Assembly (NCBI RefSeq): GCF_009914755.1
Contig: NC_060937.1
Source: the human T2T-CHM13v2.0 reference genome, Homo sapiens
Reading direction: 5' to 3' (one strand)
DNA length: 64,000 nt
Each line of letters opens with the position of its first letter. The first letter of the stretch is position 1. A program made the translations under genes and the position numbers. The notes below the pieces were generated by a model. The model searched no databases, was not told the DNA's origin, and saw nothing but the letters and a program-made list of their open reading frames with translations. This document shows, in pieces, positions 1-17,087 of the stretch.

Positions 1-3897
<3,897 letters not shown>

Positions 3898-4259
3898 AAA
3901 AATTTGTTTGCCTTGTAAATAAACTACCAAAAAAAAAAAAGGAAAAACAAGAGGCAGATCGTTTGTGAAGATAAGTCTTCCCCCTATCAATGAGTAAAGA
4001 TTTTTGCCCTTTAAAAATTTTTTAAGTCATGATTTTAGGTAAATGAATGACTTATGGTGACGTGGAATTCTATTTCATAACATCAAGTGTTTAAACCTTT
4101 AATATATTTAATAGGCTTCCCAAAATCAAATTTCAACTTCAAAATTGTCTTTTCTGACCTCTAACTTTGGGATACTACAGAGGCCCCTGAAGCACCCAAA
4201 AGAGAGGTAAACAGGACTATTTAACATGTTAAGTCACATGGGTAGCACTGTCAAAATAA

Positions 4260-4640
<381 letters not shown>

Positions 4641-4949
4641 TAATTATGGTTATTAAGTTATTGTAGACCACAAAGATAACCAAATTTCCTTGTCAATTGT
4701 CTTTAACTATAACTATTTAAAGTCATTTCCACAGTTAATTGCTTAATGGTGATGCAGTTTCTAAAAACTTCACAAGCATGCAAAATTCTAGAATATGGTG
4801 TCTCTTAGAAGATTCATGAAAGAATGAAAAGGACCCTAAAAAACACTTGTGAACACAGATTTCTAATAACTTTAATATCATGGGTAAAAATTCCCCATAA
4901 GTTCCGAGATACCCCAAGAATTGGACTGGTTAAGAATTCTCAAAAGTTA

Positions 4950-5288
<339 letters not shown>

Positions 5289-6560
5289 CTAACCCAAGTA
5301 AAACAAAAATTGTATACCAAGGAAATATTTTGCCACATTTGCATGCTAAATCACCAATATTGAAATTGTTTAGATATATAATTTAAATAAACTCCATGGT
5401 CTAAGTCAAATTACCTATAACTACTCATCAGTTACCAGTGCCATGCACCTAATTTGGAGAAACAGCTGGTATTCAAGAGGATGTAAGTCTAATGTTAATT
5501 AAGCACAGACTTATGAAGAACCAGGATGGCCACCTTATCCTTCTTAAGTCCTTAAAACTTTTGTTATTAAAAGTTCTGCATTCCATAACTCATCATGGAA
5601 AGAGAAAATGATCCAAATTAAATATATTGTTGTGGTGATTTCTAAACTGATAAAATAGTTTATAACCAATGTTTGGTTTGTCAAACCTATATTCCTAGGA
5701 AAACAATCAAAACTTCAGGTACATTTGGTTACCTGATGGGCCATTTAAACATTTTATAAAGGGATTTCATTCAGTTGTCATTTTCAGTGCATGCTTTCTG
5801 ATTGTATAAAAGCTCTTCCATGCGAGAGAGTTGATGTTAAAACAGTACATTATTGCCCTGAAGTGTATTTTCACCAGGTAAAGAAAGCCTTTTATGGTTC
5901 ACTGGGGACAGTCAACCCCTTCACAATCTAGAATCTGATGACTGGATCTTCTGAGAACATCAGAGAAGGACTGCCCTTGCCATCCACATGACAGCAAAAC
6001 TTTAAAAACTTAAACTTTGGGTTCATAGTTTCACAACTCAGAAGGGTCCCTCCACACTTGGAACCATATATCCATTGGAACCCTTAAGGTAAAGCTAAGA
6101 AGGACAGTTCCCCCCAGAAGAAGATGGCATCCTTAATGTGAACAGCTTTTCCCAAGATCACAGATCAAGACTTCTCTACTATCATGAGACTCTTATCTTA
6201 AGTATCTGTGCAGCTGCTAACACTTACAGCATGTGGAGAAAACATGGGGTATTATAAAGATTTGGTTGTAGGGAATTAACAAAAAACCCACTTAGTTAAG
6301 CAAGTAAACTCTTTATCTAATTCATTCTTTAATCTATTTTATTTTAGGTGGTTTGATTTATGGGGACCCTGAGTAAGGAGCATATACCACATTCTTGGTA
6401 TTATGCCAGTAGTCATAAGAGTCTCCCTGGTGCACTGTACTTACTCAAATGTTTTAAGAGTTTGCATGCAGGCATCTCTAAAATGTCAAATGGTATCTCT
6501 TCAACTGGAATGACAAGAGATTTTAAAAAAATGTGCAACCATAAGGACACTGTAACCTAT

Positions 6561-6944
6561 GAGTGACCTGCGAAACCAGAGACCCAAAACAATGGGAGTG
6601 ATGTGCTTAAACTGGAACCCAAAACAATGGGAGTGACATGCTAAACCAGAAACCCAAAACAATGGGAGTGACTTGCTAAAACTGGAACCCAAAACAATGG
6701 GAGTGACGTGCTAAAACCGGAAATGAAAACAATGGGAGTGATGTGCTTAAATAGGAACCCAAAACAATGGGAGTGACCTGCTAAACCAAACACCCAAAAC
6801 AGTGGGAGTGACGTGCTAAAACCAGAACCCAAAACATGGGAGTGATGTGCTAAAACCGGAACCGAAAACAATGGGAGTGACGTGCTAAACCAGAAACACA
6901 AAACAGTGGGAATGATGTGCTAAAACCGGAACCCAAAACAATGG
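6561..6944. repeat. Minisatellite, 11 copies of a 35-bp unit (consensus GAGTGACGTGCTAAAACCGGAACCCAAAACAATGG)
   Basis: Units start at 6561, 6596, 6631, 6666, 6701, 6736, 6771, 6806 (34 bp), 6840, 6875 and 6910; head-to-tail with no spacers. Confidence 0.95.
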
Positions 6945-6963
6945 TAACTAAGAGTGATGCTAA

Positions 6964-7312
<349 letters not shown>

Positions 7313-7686
7313 AAAAGGAGGAATTTTTTAAGCAAAACTATGGGAGGCCATTGTTTTGAACTAAGCTCATGCAATAGGTCCCAACAGACCAAACCAAACC
7401 AAAATGGAGTCACTCATGCTAAATGTAACATAATTAAACTAAGACTTTAAGGAAACATATAAATCCTAGAACAAACCAGGTTTTGTTTTTCTCCTATAAA
7501 CAGGATGTTCCAGCATAAGAAGATACCTTCTACTCAAGTCCTTGTTCCACCTTTTCAAATCTCACTGGTCTATTTCCCAGTGGGTTTCTAAACCAAGTAA
7601 GTATATTTGCAATGGTAATAGTGACACCAGTGACTGAAGTTTTGGCCAATCTCTCAAAATTGAGAAAATAACCAAAGGGAAGGCAT

Positions 7687-8084
7687 TGTTAAAATGAACT
7701 AAGTATGGCCTGAGAAGGACTCCATAATTCTATATATGAGTCCTTGTGGATGAACTGCAACCTACCTTAATAGGTATACAAGAATGAAAAAATAACTTGA
7801 GAGTATGCACCTGGAACAACAGCTACATCTTGGCCAATCCCAATGGCCAAACTTCAACAACTCAGGCACTGCCAAATGTTCAAAATGTGTTCAAACAAGG
7901 CAAATGCTGAGTTGTTTCTGTACCTCACTTCCGATTTCGGTATGCCATTTCCCTTTTGTCTATAAATCTTCTTCCACCACATGACTGCGCTGGAGTCTCT
8001 GTGAATCTGCTGTGATTCTGGGGACTGTCCGATTTGTGAATCGTTTATTGATCAATTAAACTCCTTTAAAGTTTTTCTTTTAAC
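7687..8084 (+). mobile_element. MER57-type LTR (3' LTR of the ERV1 element)
   Basis: Starts tgttaaaatgaactaagtatggcctgagaaggactcc (recalled MER57 start); TATA-like tataaat and attaaa signal; ends ...ttttaaca; preceded by a purine tract. Confidence 0.8.
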
Positions 8085-8126
8085 AGAACTAACACAGAAG
8101 AATTTCCAGATCATGAACAGATGTTT

Positions 8127-8729
8127 TGTAATACCCAACGTTGTATTAACATGAATAGATTGTTCCTTAGATAGCTAACCTTGTTTTTAATATGAATAGA
8201 CTCTCCCTTAGCTGAGAAAACCAGACAAATTCCATTTGGCTCCTTCATTTACAAAACATCAAGGGCTTCTTACACACCCCCTTTCCTCAAGGACTTTAAC
8301 TTGTGCAAGCTGATTTTCAACATATCAAAGAGTGCAATTAACTGATAAAGTGCTGAGACAAGAGATGTCCGCAGTTCCCAGCAAATTACTCAGAGATAGT
8401 ATCATAAAGCCCCCACATTTGTCCGGCAGATAATGCCCAGAGCACCCTCACCTATCACTTTTTGGTGAATTTAAAGCCCCTGCACCTGGAACAGTTTGTT
8501 TTCCTGTAACCATCTGTCTTTTTAACTTTTTTGTCTGTTTATTTCTTCTGTAAAGTTGCTGCAGCTAGAATCCCCCCTCCCCTCTCTAAATCAAAGTATA
8601 AAAGAAAATCTAGTCCCTTCTTTGGGGCCGAGAGAATTTCGTGCGTTAGCCGTCTCTCAGTCACCGGCTAATAAAGGACTCCTGAATTCGTCTCAAAGTG
8701 TGGCGTTTCTCTCTCACTCAGGTACGACA
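8127..8729 (+). mobile_element. Solo ERV1-class LTR (family not assigned)
   Basis: TG...CA ends (tgtaata...tacgaca); perfect 4-bp TSD gttt at 8123-8126 and 8730-8733; tataaaa box near 8597 and aataaa near 8670. Confidence 0.8.
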
Positions 8730-9074
8730 GTTTCAACTATGGTAGAAGACTCGAGTAAGGCAAATACAGTCCCCCTAAATTTGACTATTATTTAGGTTAA
8801 TGGTGAGTTTAGAAGAAATGAGTTAAGACTACACAGAGTGGGCTAAAGTGCAAATAAACACTGGAAATATTTCCCAGAAAATATGACTTTGAACAGGCTG
8901 CTGCACACCCTGCATGTAGAGACAAACTAAGAAAAAGTGTGGAGAGTTATTTAAGGACCTATGGTTAACTCAGTCCTCAAGATGTTCCGGGTTTCATCCA
9001 TGAATCAAGGAGGACCTCCCAAAAGCTGTTTGGGACCACACTCTTTGAGCAAGGAGCATATCTTACGATGGAAG

Positions 9075-9157
9075 CTGTGCTTTAGCGGCAGATGACCATT
9101 TCCACTGCACAACACACTGTGCTTTAGCGGAAGATGACCGTTTCCACTGTACAACAC
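9075..9157. repeat. Tandem duplication, 2 x 42 bp
   Basis: ctgtgctttagcggcagatgaccatttccactgcacaacaca is repeated at 9117 with about 3 substitutions. Confidence 0.9.
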
Positions 9158-9550
9158 TACAAGTGGTTACTGCCAGGCCGGTGTGAAATATGTTCCAGCA
9201 CATAATCTATGTCACCAATGAAGGTGGTGGTTCAGACTTGGTGCACGCAAGCTTTCCTGTCCCACAAGAACACAGCATGTTCTCTTCTCGGGTTCCACTC
9301 CAATCACGTAACAAATATGACTGCCTTTTTTGTCTCGGCATCAGAAAGATCAGAGGAAAATTTGCACCCAACTTAGACAACTCTAAGCTCTTATAACCTG
9401 CCTATATCTACAGGTCAGCTTTATCTTATTTATGTATATTTCCTTCAACCTGAGTTTTACTTATTTCTACTTTTCCTTTTTAATTCACAGACACCCAAAA
9501 ACTCAGAAAATACAGTGTAAAACAAAGTGAAGAACAAATAAACAACTCAC

Positions 9551-9607
9551 CAGAGATTTATTCGTTTCCTGTTGCTCTTGGAAACACCCAGAGGACACTG
9601 GAAACAT
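9551..9607 (-). CDS. ZNF717: First coding exon (exon 9609-9551) of a ZNF717-like KRAB zinc-finger gene or pseudogene; encodes MFPVSSGCFQEQQETNKSL
   Basis: Acceptor ttgccttctatcccag|ct-ATG and phase-0 donor ctg|gtgagt, as for exons preceding KRAB-A. The peptide matches my recollection of the ZNF717 N-terminus (MFPVFSGCFQELQEKNKSL) at 16/19, so it is probably a paralogue. No KRAB or zinc-finger exon is seen in the window. Confidence 0.8.
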
Positions 9608-10159
9608 AGCTGGGATAGAAGGCAAATGACGTGGCTTAAGCAGAGAACTGGTGTGGTGTAGTCCCAGATTCTTCTGCCCAACACTCTAGACACATTACCT
9701 GGGAAAGCCCTCCTCCCTCCTGAAAAAGAAAAACTTCCCCATGGGAGAAGAGTCCTTCACGCCTCATTAGGGGCATCAAAGTCTCAAGTTAAGATAAGAT
9801 ACATCTACAAGTACATTAATTGGTAGACATTAGATGCACAATTTATTTTTGAATAAAAATATGTATTACCTATTAATTTAGTAACAATATGATCTAAAGA
9901 TATAATCTAATAATTTAATGCAAAGAAACATTATAAGTTCACTAAAATAAATGTTATAGAAATATACTAGGCTGTATTAACTATTTTCCTATTTATATGT
10001 AGATTCCACAAATAACTTCATATGAGTGTTCCCATGACAGTACATATTGCTTTTCTATACCTGAACATCATGGAAAGTGCATCTTGCAAACCAGCAATTT
10101 TGGCCTACAATTACATTTTTTAAAATGTACATAATATGTATTTCCTACAGTACACCATT

Positions 10160-10605
10160 GTACTCATGTTTCCCAATAACAGCTTTCCTTCTATGCAAGC
10201 CCTCATATTATGCTCTGATAATAAATTGGGCTTTTCCATCTGACTTGTCCAGTGAATGGACAATGGAAAATGTGATGCAAATATCCATTGGTTCTTGCCA
10301 TTTTGGACACAGTCAAATTGTGAAGAGGTCTGGAGCTACCCTGTTGGAGACACAGGGCCTAGCCAAGAGTCACCACAAACCACCAGATTGTGAAGGAAAC
10401 TATCTTAAACCAACCAGGCTCAGTCAAGGCACCAGGTGACTAAGGACTTTTTGTGATCCAGGCAACACAAATATATCAACTACCCAGCTGAACCCACCAC
10501 ACCAAAATGCAGATCCACAGAACTTCAAACAAATAAAATGGTGTTTGTTTTTTATAAGCCAGTAAGGTTTAATTAGTTCCTTAAACAGCAAGTATTAACT
10601 GTTAC
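10160..10605 (+). mobile_element. MaLR LTR (MLT1-like), old
   Basis: Typical MLT1 3' end: cccagctgaaccca...cagatccacagaa...aataaaatggtg...aagccagtaagg...aactgttaca. Confidence 0.6.
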
Positions 10606-11030
10606 ACTTAAGTGAACAGAATTCACTTCTGTGTTTTTAACAAAATTACGTAGGGGGAGAAAATCTTAAATTACAAATCAAATACAATCAATAGAACTTC
10701 GCAATCTAATGCTAAATTTGGGGATGGACTAGGTTTAATATATCTCAGACGCTGGGAAAAACGAGCTAAGGTTGAAGGAATGGGACTGTGTTTGGAGAGT
10801 ATTTTAATCTTCTCAAGTATGACAGGTCACTCCTGTACCCCAGACCACACTTTCAGGCCCCTTCAAATAAGGAATATTTCCTAGGTCCTTGCCTGTTCTT
10901 CTCAACTGAATTCACCTCAACCTTCTGAAAGTTCGTCCAAACCTTCTACTATCACCTAGTCTTTGCAAATCTTGTGCATTCTAGGGAGTAGAATTAATAT
11001 TTCCTGAGCGAGGAAAACTGGGATCCTCAC

Positions 11031-11249
11031 CTGTGACCTTTTTTCCTCCTCTGAAGCACCAGTGAGAGGTTAGACCAGACAGCTGTTCTTTCAAGTGCGC
11101 TTCTTATTCATAGGGAACCCTCTCTTTCAAACTTTGTAACACACAGTTAAGACTGAAGTACCCTTAAGGCTGAAGACCATCATCCATTATGCCATCTCCC
11201 TCGCGGAATCAGTGAGTTCTTCCCTGGAAACTAGGTCTCGTATAAACTT
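11031..11249 (-). other. Candidate 219-nt 5'UTR cassette exon of the ZNF717-like gene
   Basis: Acceptor ggttgcatttacag|aagttt and strong donor cacag|gtgagg, lying between exon 1 and the coding exon. Confidence 0.45.
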
Positions 11250-11439
11250 CTGTAAATGCAACCCAGGAGGACTAGGCAGGTCACACAGTGAAGGAGGGAA
11301 CCAGAAACTTCACTTGCTAAAGAGACACCAGGAAACCCGACTAATACAAACGCCAAGTTTAAGACTAGAGGCGCACGCATTTCGCACTACTCCTCTGGGA
11401 ATGGGGAACGTCTCCCGAGAACTGAGTGTTAGCACTGGG

Positions 11440-11960
11440 ACAGATGGGCAAACTGAGCGTCATGCGGGTTGGTAACCGGGTCCCTCAGCGGCAGGACAGG
11501 AGCGCGGCCTGCAGACTCCGGGCCCAGGGCCACCGGCCTCGCCTACCCGCTCCTGCGCCTCTAGAACCCGCTTCACTGCCGGGACCCCATGCCTGTCCTC
11601 CCAGCCCCCGCCAGGGTCCGCTGCCCGCACCTGCACTTCAGGCCCTGCCCGCCCGCGATGCGCCCACGCGTCTGCTCCCACAACTAGGGGACACTGGTCC
11701 GGCCCCCCGGGATCCCCCGAGGCCCACGGGTTCCTCTTCGCCCTCGCACCGACCCGCAGGGACATAGAACCAAGCCCCAAGCCGGCCCCGCTACAAGACC
11801 GCCTCTGGGTGACGCACTTCCGGATGAAAATGGCGGAGTGGGCCGGGCGGCGCATGCGCAGAGAGAAAATCTGGTTCCCAAAGTCCTTGATGGTAACATC
11901 ATTGGAAAGTGACACTACATTTCCCATGAGGCTCTGTGGTGCCCCGTTAGGAACCCACGC
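11440..11960. promoter_or_regulatory. CpG-island promoter with ETS/CRE, YY1, NRF1 and ZNF143 (SBS) motifs
   Basis: The only CpG-rich non-repeat stretch. Motifs: tgacgca (11810-11816) overlapping cacttccgg (11815-11823); aaaatggcgg (11827-11836); gcgcatgcgc (11850-11859); actacatttcccatgaggctctg (11914-11936). Confidence 0.88.
11631..11825 (-). other. First exon (5'UTR) of the ZNF717-like gene
   Basis: Lies in the CpG island directly downstream of the promoter motif cluster; donor gaagtgcag|gtgcgg at 11631/11630. The transcription start is approximate. Confidence 0.65.
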
Positions 11961-12155
11961 CGGACATTCTGTTTAGTCCAGCAGTTGAGTCCAGTTACCC
12001 AGAGACACGGACTTAATGAATCAGGACTGGTCCCTACCCAGGTGACACAGATATGGCATTCTGGTTCTTTATTAAATCCTGATTTCACAGCCTGGGACAT
12101 TGTGAAAATAATGGAGAAATTTCAATAGAGGCCAATTGGTCTATGCTGTTAATGA

Positions 12156-12460
<305 letters not shown>

Positions 12461-13049
12461 CTCAAGTCTATTTTTTATAGATGCATTCGAAAGTGTGAAA
12501 AAAATCATGTCTGTATTTTACTTTAAAATTTTAAAAACACAACTAATGAATATGGTAATTCTCTTCCAATCCGTTATCTTTTCTCTCACTTAACTAATTT
12601 GTGAGCCTTCAATTTACACATTTAGAAAATATTTTCTAGTGTTAACAGCGTCATAAGACAGGTGCACTCCATAATCTTTGTGACAACTTACACTTCCAGT
12701 GTCTGATAAATATTTGCCCGTAAACTCCCACGTTTCATCCATCCATCAATCAATCAAATCTCCCTATCTTTATTTATTTATTGTGAGAAAGACCTGAAAT
12801 TTGTCTTTCCTTCCCTGATTTCTGCCACAAACTAGGCAAGGCATTCTGCCTAGGGTTTTCTCAGAACCCCGGCTACCACCGAGGTTCCTAACAGGGAAAC
12901 GCAGGCTTGAATGCTCAGGGTTGATGTGAGAGTGAGTGTGAAACGGGGGTGGGGTGAAAGGGCAGTGAACTTTGTAGGTGGGTAGATGGGGGTGTGAAGG
13001 GCTTTCAGGTAAGAGGCACGCATGAAACTGGGAGAGACAGCGAAAGCAC

Positions 13050-13410
13050 CTCAGGCCTCAGATCACCAGAAGATGCTCCCACCAGTGCCATGACAGTTTG
13101 CCAATGCCATGGTAGCACGGGAAGTCCCCAACCCTTGCCATGGAAACAGCTGGAAGTTACTGCCCATTTCTAGCTATTTCTGAATAACCCTCCCCTTAAT
13201 TAGCATGCCATTAAAAGTGAAATATAAAAATGACTGCAAGCCACCCCTAGGCTGCTACTCTGGGAGCACAACCCACGGAGGGCTCCCTGTCCTGCAGGAG
13301 CAGAAGCAGGGCTGTAACACCGCCAGTGCCCCTGTAGAGCTGCTTTCTTCCACCACAGGCTTGCTTTTGGATTCCTTCCTGAGCGATGCCAAGAACCTGC
13401 CCTTCCTCAG
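13050..13410 (+). mobile_element. ERV1 LTR fragment (MER41-related)
   Basis: cccaccagtgccatgacagtttgccaatgccatgg...ttccttcctgagcgatgccaagaacc resembles the recalled MER41-family 3' half. Confidence 0.55.
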
Positions 13411-14368
13411 TGTGACTCTTGCCTAAAACCTATCCCTGGTATTCTCTTTTCCTAAGCATGACCTGACTTGTTCTTTCATCTCCTCTGATCTTGCAATTGG
13501 TCCTCAGTGACTCTATTCCGCAGATCCAGAAAACTCAACCTTAATCTTCCCAGAGCCCTGTTTTCTCCAATATTGGAAACTCTAGCCTTGTTTTCTCAGA
13601 AGCCTAGATTACAGGCCTCTCTCTTGAACACCTATTGGTAAGGTATCTGGGGATCCTTTGAATACACGATGACTGGCAGGGGTTACATAGGGGAAATCAG
13701 TGCCTGACAATTCGCCTTCCAGGATATGGATTGTCATTCTCTCTCTTTGTGGTCCTCAGTCTCTTATACATAAAAGTAGAGATTGTAATACTCATTTGAC
13801 TTGCAGATACCTCACCCTGAACCCACCTAATATTATGTAAAAGCCAAGAATGCAAACCCTTTCCTCACCCCATGAAGGTAAAGTCCTCAGAGCCAAGGAG
13901 AGAAGGCTCAGGGATGGTACCTGGGTGTTTCCAACACTAACCATGTTTTTAGTGTTCAAGTTTAAGCTTCTTATGTTAAAGTTACCCCAGCTTTAATTCT
14001 ATTGTAACAAGATTTATTTTTGTAATTCCATTTTTGGATTCTTGATTCTTGGTAAAGAAATACAGTTATTTTTGTATACCAATCTTACATAGTGTTACAT
14101 TCCTAAATTTGTTAATGAGTCCTACCACTTTTTAGTAAATTTCTTATGATTTTCTAAATGCAAGATCATGTCATCTGTACATAAAGATAACTGTACTTCT
14201 TCCTTTTCAATCTAGATGCCGTTTATTTATTTACATTGCCAAGTTGTCCCAGCTACCAGTTATCAAGTAAAAGGGTCTCACTGCCCAGAGCACTAGAAGC
14301 CGGTACCACGACACTGAGTTTTTGAGAAAAGGAAAACTTTAAAGTCAAACCAAACCCTATGGGATACA

Positions 14369-14751
<383 letters not shown>

Positions 14752-15085
14752 CTACATCAAAAAAAGTAGAAAAACTTCAAATAAACAACCTAATAATGCA
14801 TCTTAAATAATTAGAAAAGCAAGAGCAAACCAAAACCAAAATTAGTAGAAGGAAACATAGCAAAGATCAGAGCAGAAATAAATGAAATTGAAATTTAAAA
14901 ATATAAAATATCAATGAAATGAAAAGTTAATATTTTTTAAAAGATCAACAAAATCAACAAACATTTAGCCAGACTAAGAGAAAAGAGAGAAGACTCAAAT
15001 ACATAAAACCAGAGATTAAAAAGGAGACACTACAACTGATACTGCAGAAATTCAAAGAATCATTAGAAACTACTATGACCAACTA

Positions 15086-15514
<429 letters not shown>

Positions 15515-16830
15515 CTAGCAAAGAAAAGCCTGGATCCAATGGCTTCACTGATTAATTTTACCAAACATCGAAGGAAGAATTACTATCAATCCTACTCAAA
15601 CTATTCCAAAAAACAAAGAAGGCTGTAGTATTTCCATACTCATTCTATGAAAAAGACCATTCATCATGTCTAAGTGGGATTTACCTCAAGAATGCCAACA
15701 TGGTTCAACATATGCAAATCAATCAATGTGACACATCATATCAACAGAATGAAGGACAAAAACCATATGGTAATTTCAATTGATGCTGAAAAGCATTTAA
15801 TAAAATCCAACATCCCTGTGATAAAAATAAACCCTAAAAAAAGCTAGATTTAGAAGGAACATACCACAACACAATAAAAACCATATGCAACAGACCAACA
15901 GCCAGTATCATCCTGAACAGAGATAACCTGAAAGTCTTTCTTCTAAGATCTGGAACAAGGCAAGAATGTCCACTTCCAACACTGTTACTCAACATAGTAC
16001 TGGAAGTCCTAGCTAAAGCAATCCAGAAAAGTGAAAAACAATAAAGGGCATCCAAATTGAAAGAAGTAAAATTATTATTGTTTTCTTGTTTGCAGGTGAT
16101 TTGATCTTATATTTGGAAGAACCTAAGGACTCCACCAAAAAGCTATTAGAACTGATTAACAAATTCAGAGTCACACGATACAAAATCAAAATACAAAACT
16201 CAGTAGCATTTCTAAATGCCAAAAATGAACAATCTAAAGCAGAAAATAAAGTACATACTCCCATTTACAATAGCTACAAATAAAATAAAATATCTAGGAA
16301 TAAATGTAACAAAAGAAGTGAAAGATCTCTACGATGAAAACTATAGAACACCAATGCAAAAAAATTAAAGAAGACACCAAAAAAATGGAAAGATAGTCCA
16401 TGTTCATTGAATGGAAGAATAAATATTGTTAAAATACACATACTTCACAAAGCAATCTACAGATTCAATGCAATCCCTATTGAAATACTAATAACATTCT
16501 TCACAGAAACAGAAAAAAAAATCCTAAAATTTATATGAAATCATAAAAGACCCAGAATACCCAAAGCCATCCTTAGCAAAAAGAACAAAACTGGAAGAAT
16601 CACATCACCTGACGTTAAATTATACTACAGGGCAATTGTAAACAAAGCAGCATGATACTGGCATAAAACAGACACATAGACCAATGGAACAGAATAGAGA
16701 ACCCAGAAATAAATCCTTACATTTACAAATAACTCATTTTCAATGAAGATTCCAAGAATATACATGGGGGAGAGGACAGTCTCTTCAACAAATTGTGCTG
16801 GGAAAACTAGATATTCATTGGCAGAATAAT

Positions 16831-17087
16831 TTTTTTTTTTGAGATGGAGTCTAGCTCTGTTGCTCAGGCTGCAGTGCAGTGGCACGATCTGGGCTCACTG
16901 CAAGCTCCACCTCCCTGGTTCACACCATTCTCCTCCTCAGCCTCCCAAGTAGCTGGGAGTACAGGTGCCCCCACCACACCCAGCTAATTTTTTTTTTGTA
17001 TTTTTAGTAGAGACGGAGTTTCACTGTGTTAGCCAGGATGGTCTCGATATCCTGCCCTCATGATCTGCCCACCTCAGCCTCCCAAAG
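16831..17087 (-). mobile_element. AluY-like, 5'-truncated
   Basis: TSD tcattggcagaataat at 16815 and 17088; lacks roughly the first 35 nt. Confidence 0.95.

Noticed and set aside
6561-6944. CRISPR-like array (35-bp periodicity)
   Set aside because: The units abut with no unique spacers, the variation is point mutation and CpG decay, there are no cas-like ORFs, and the context is primate DNA.
11212-11927. Overlapping 70-155 aa ORFs in the CpG island as unspliced genes
   Set aside because: GC-rich DNA is poor in stop codons; the translations are Pro/Arg/Gly-rich with no domain, and some cross the exon-1 donor. Only the spliced uORF was kept as a finding.
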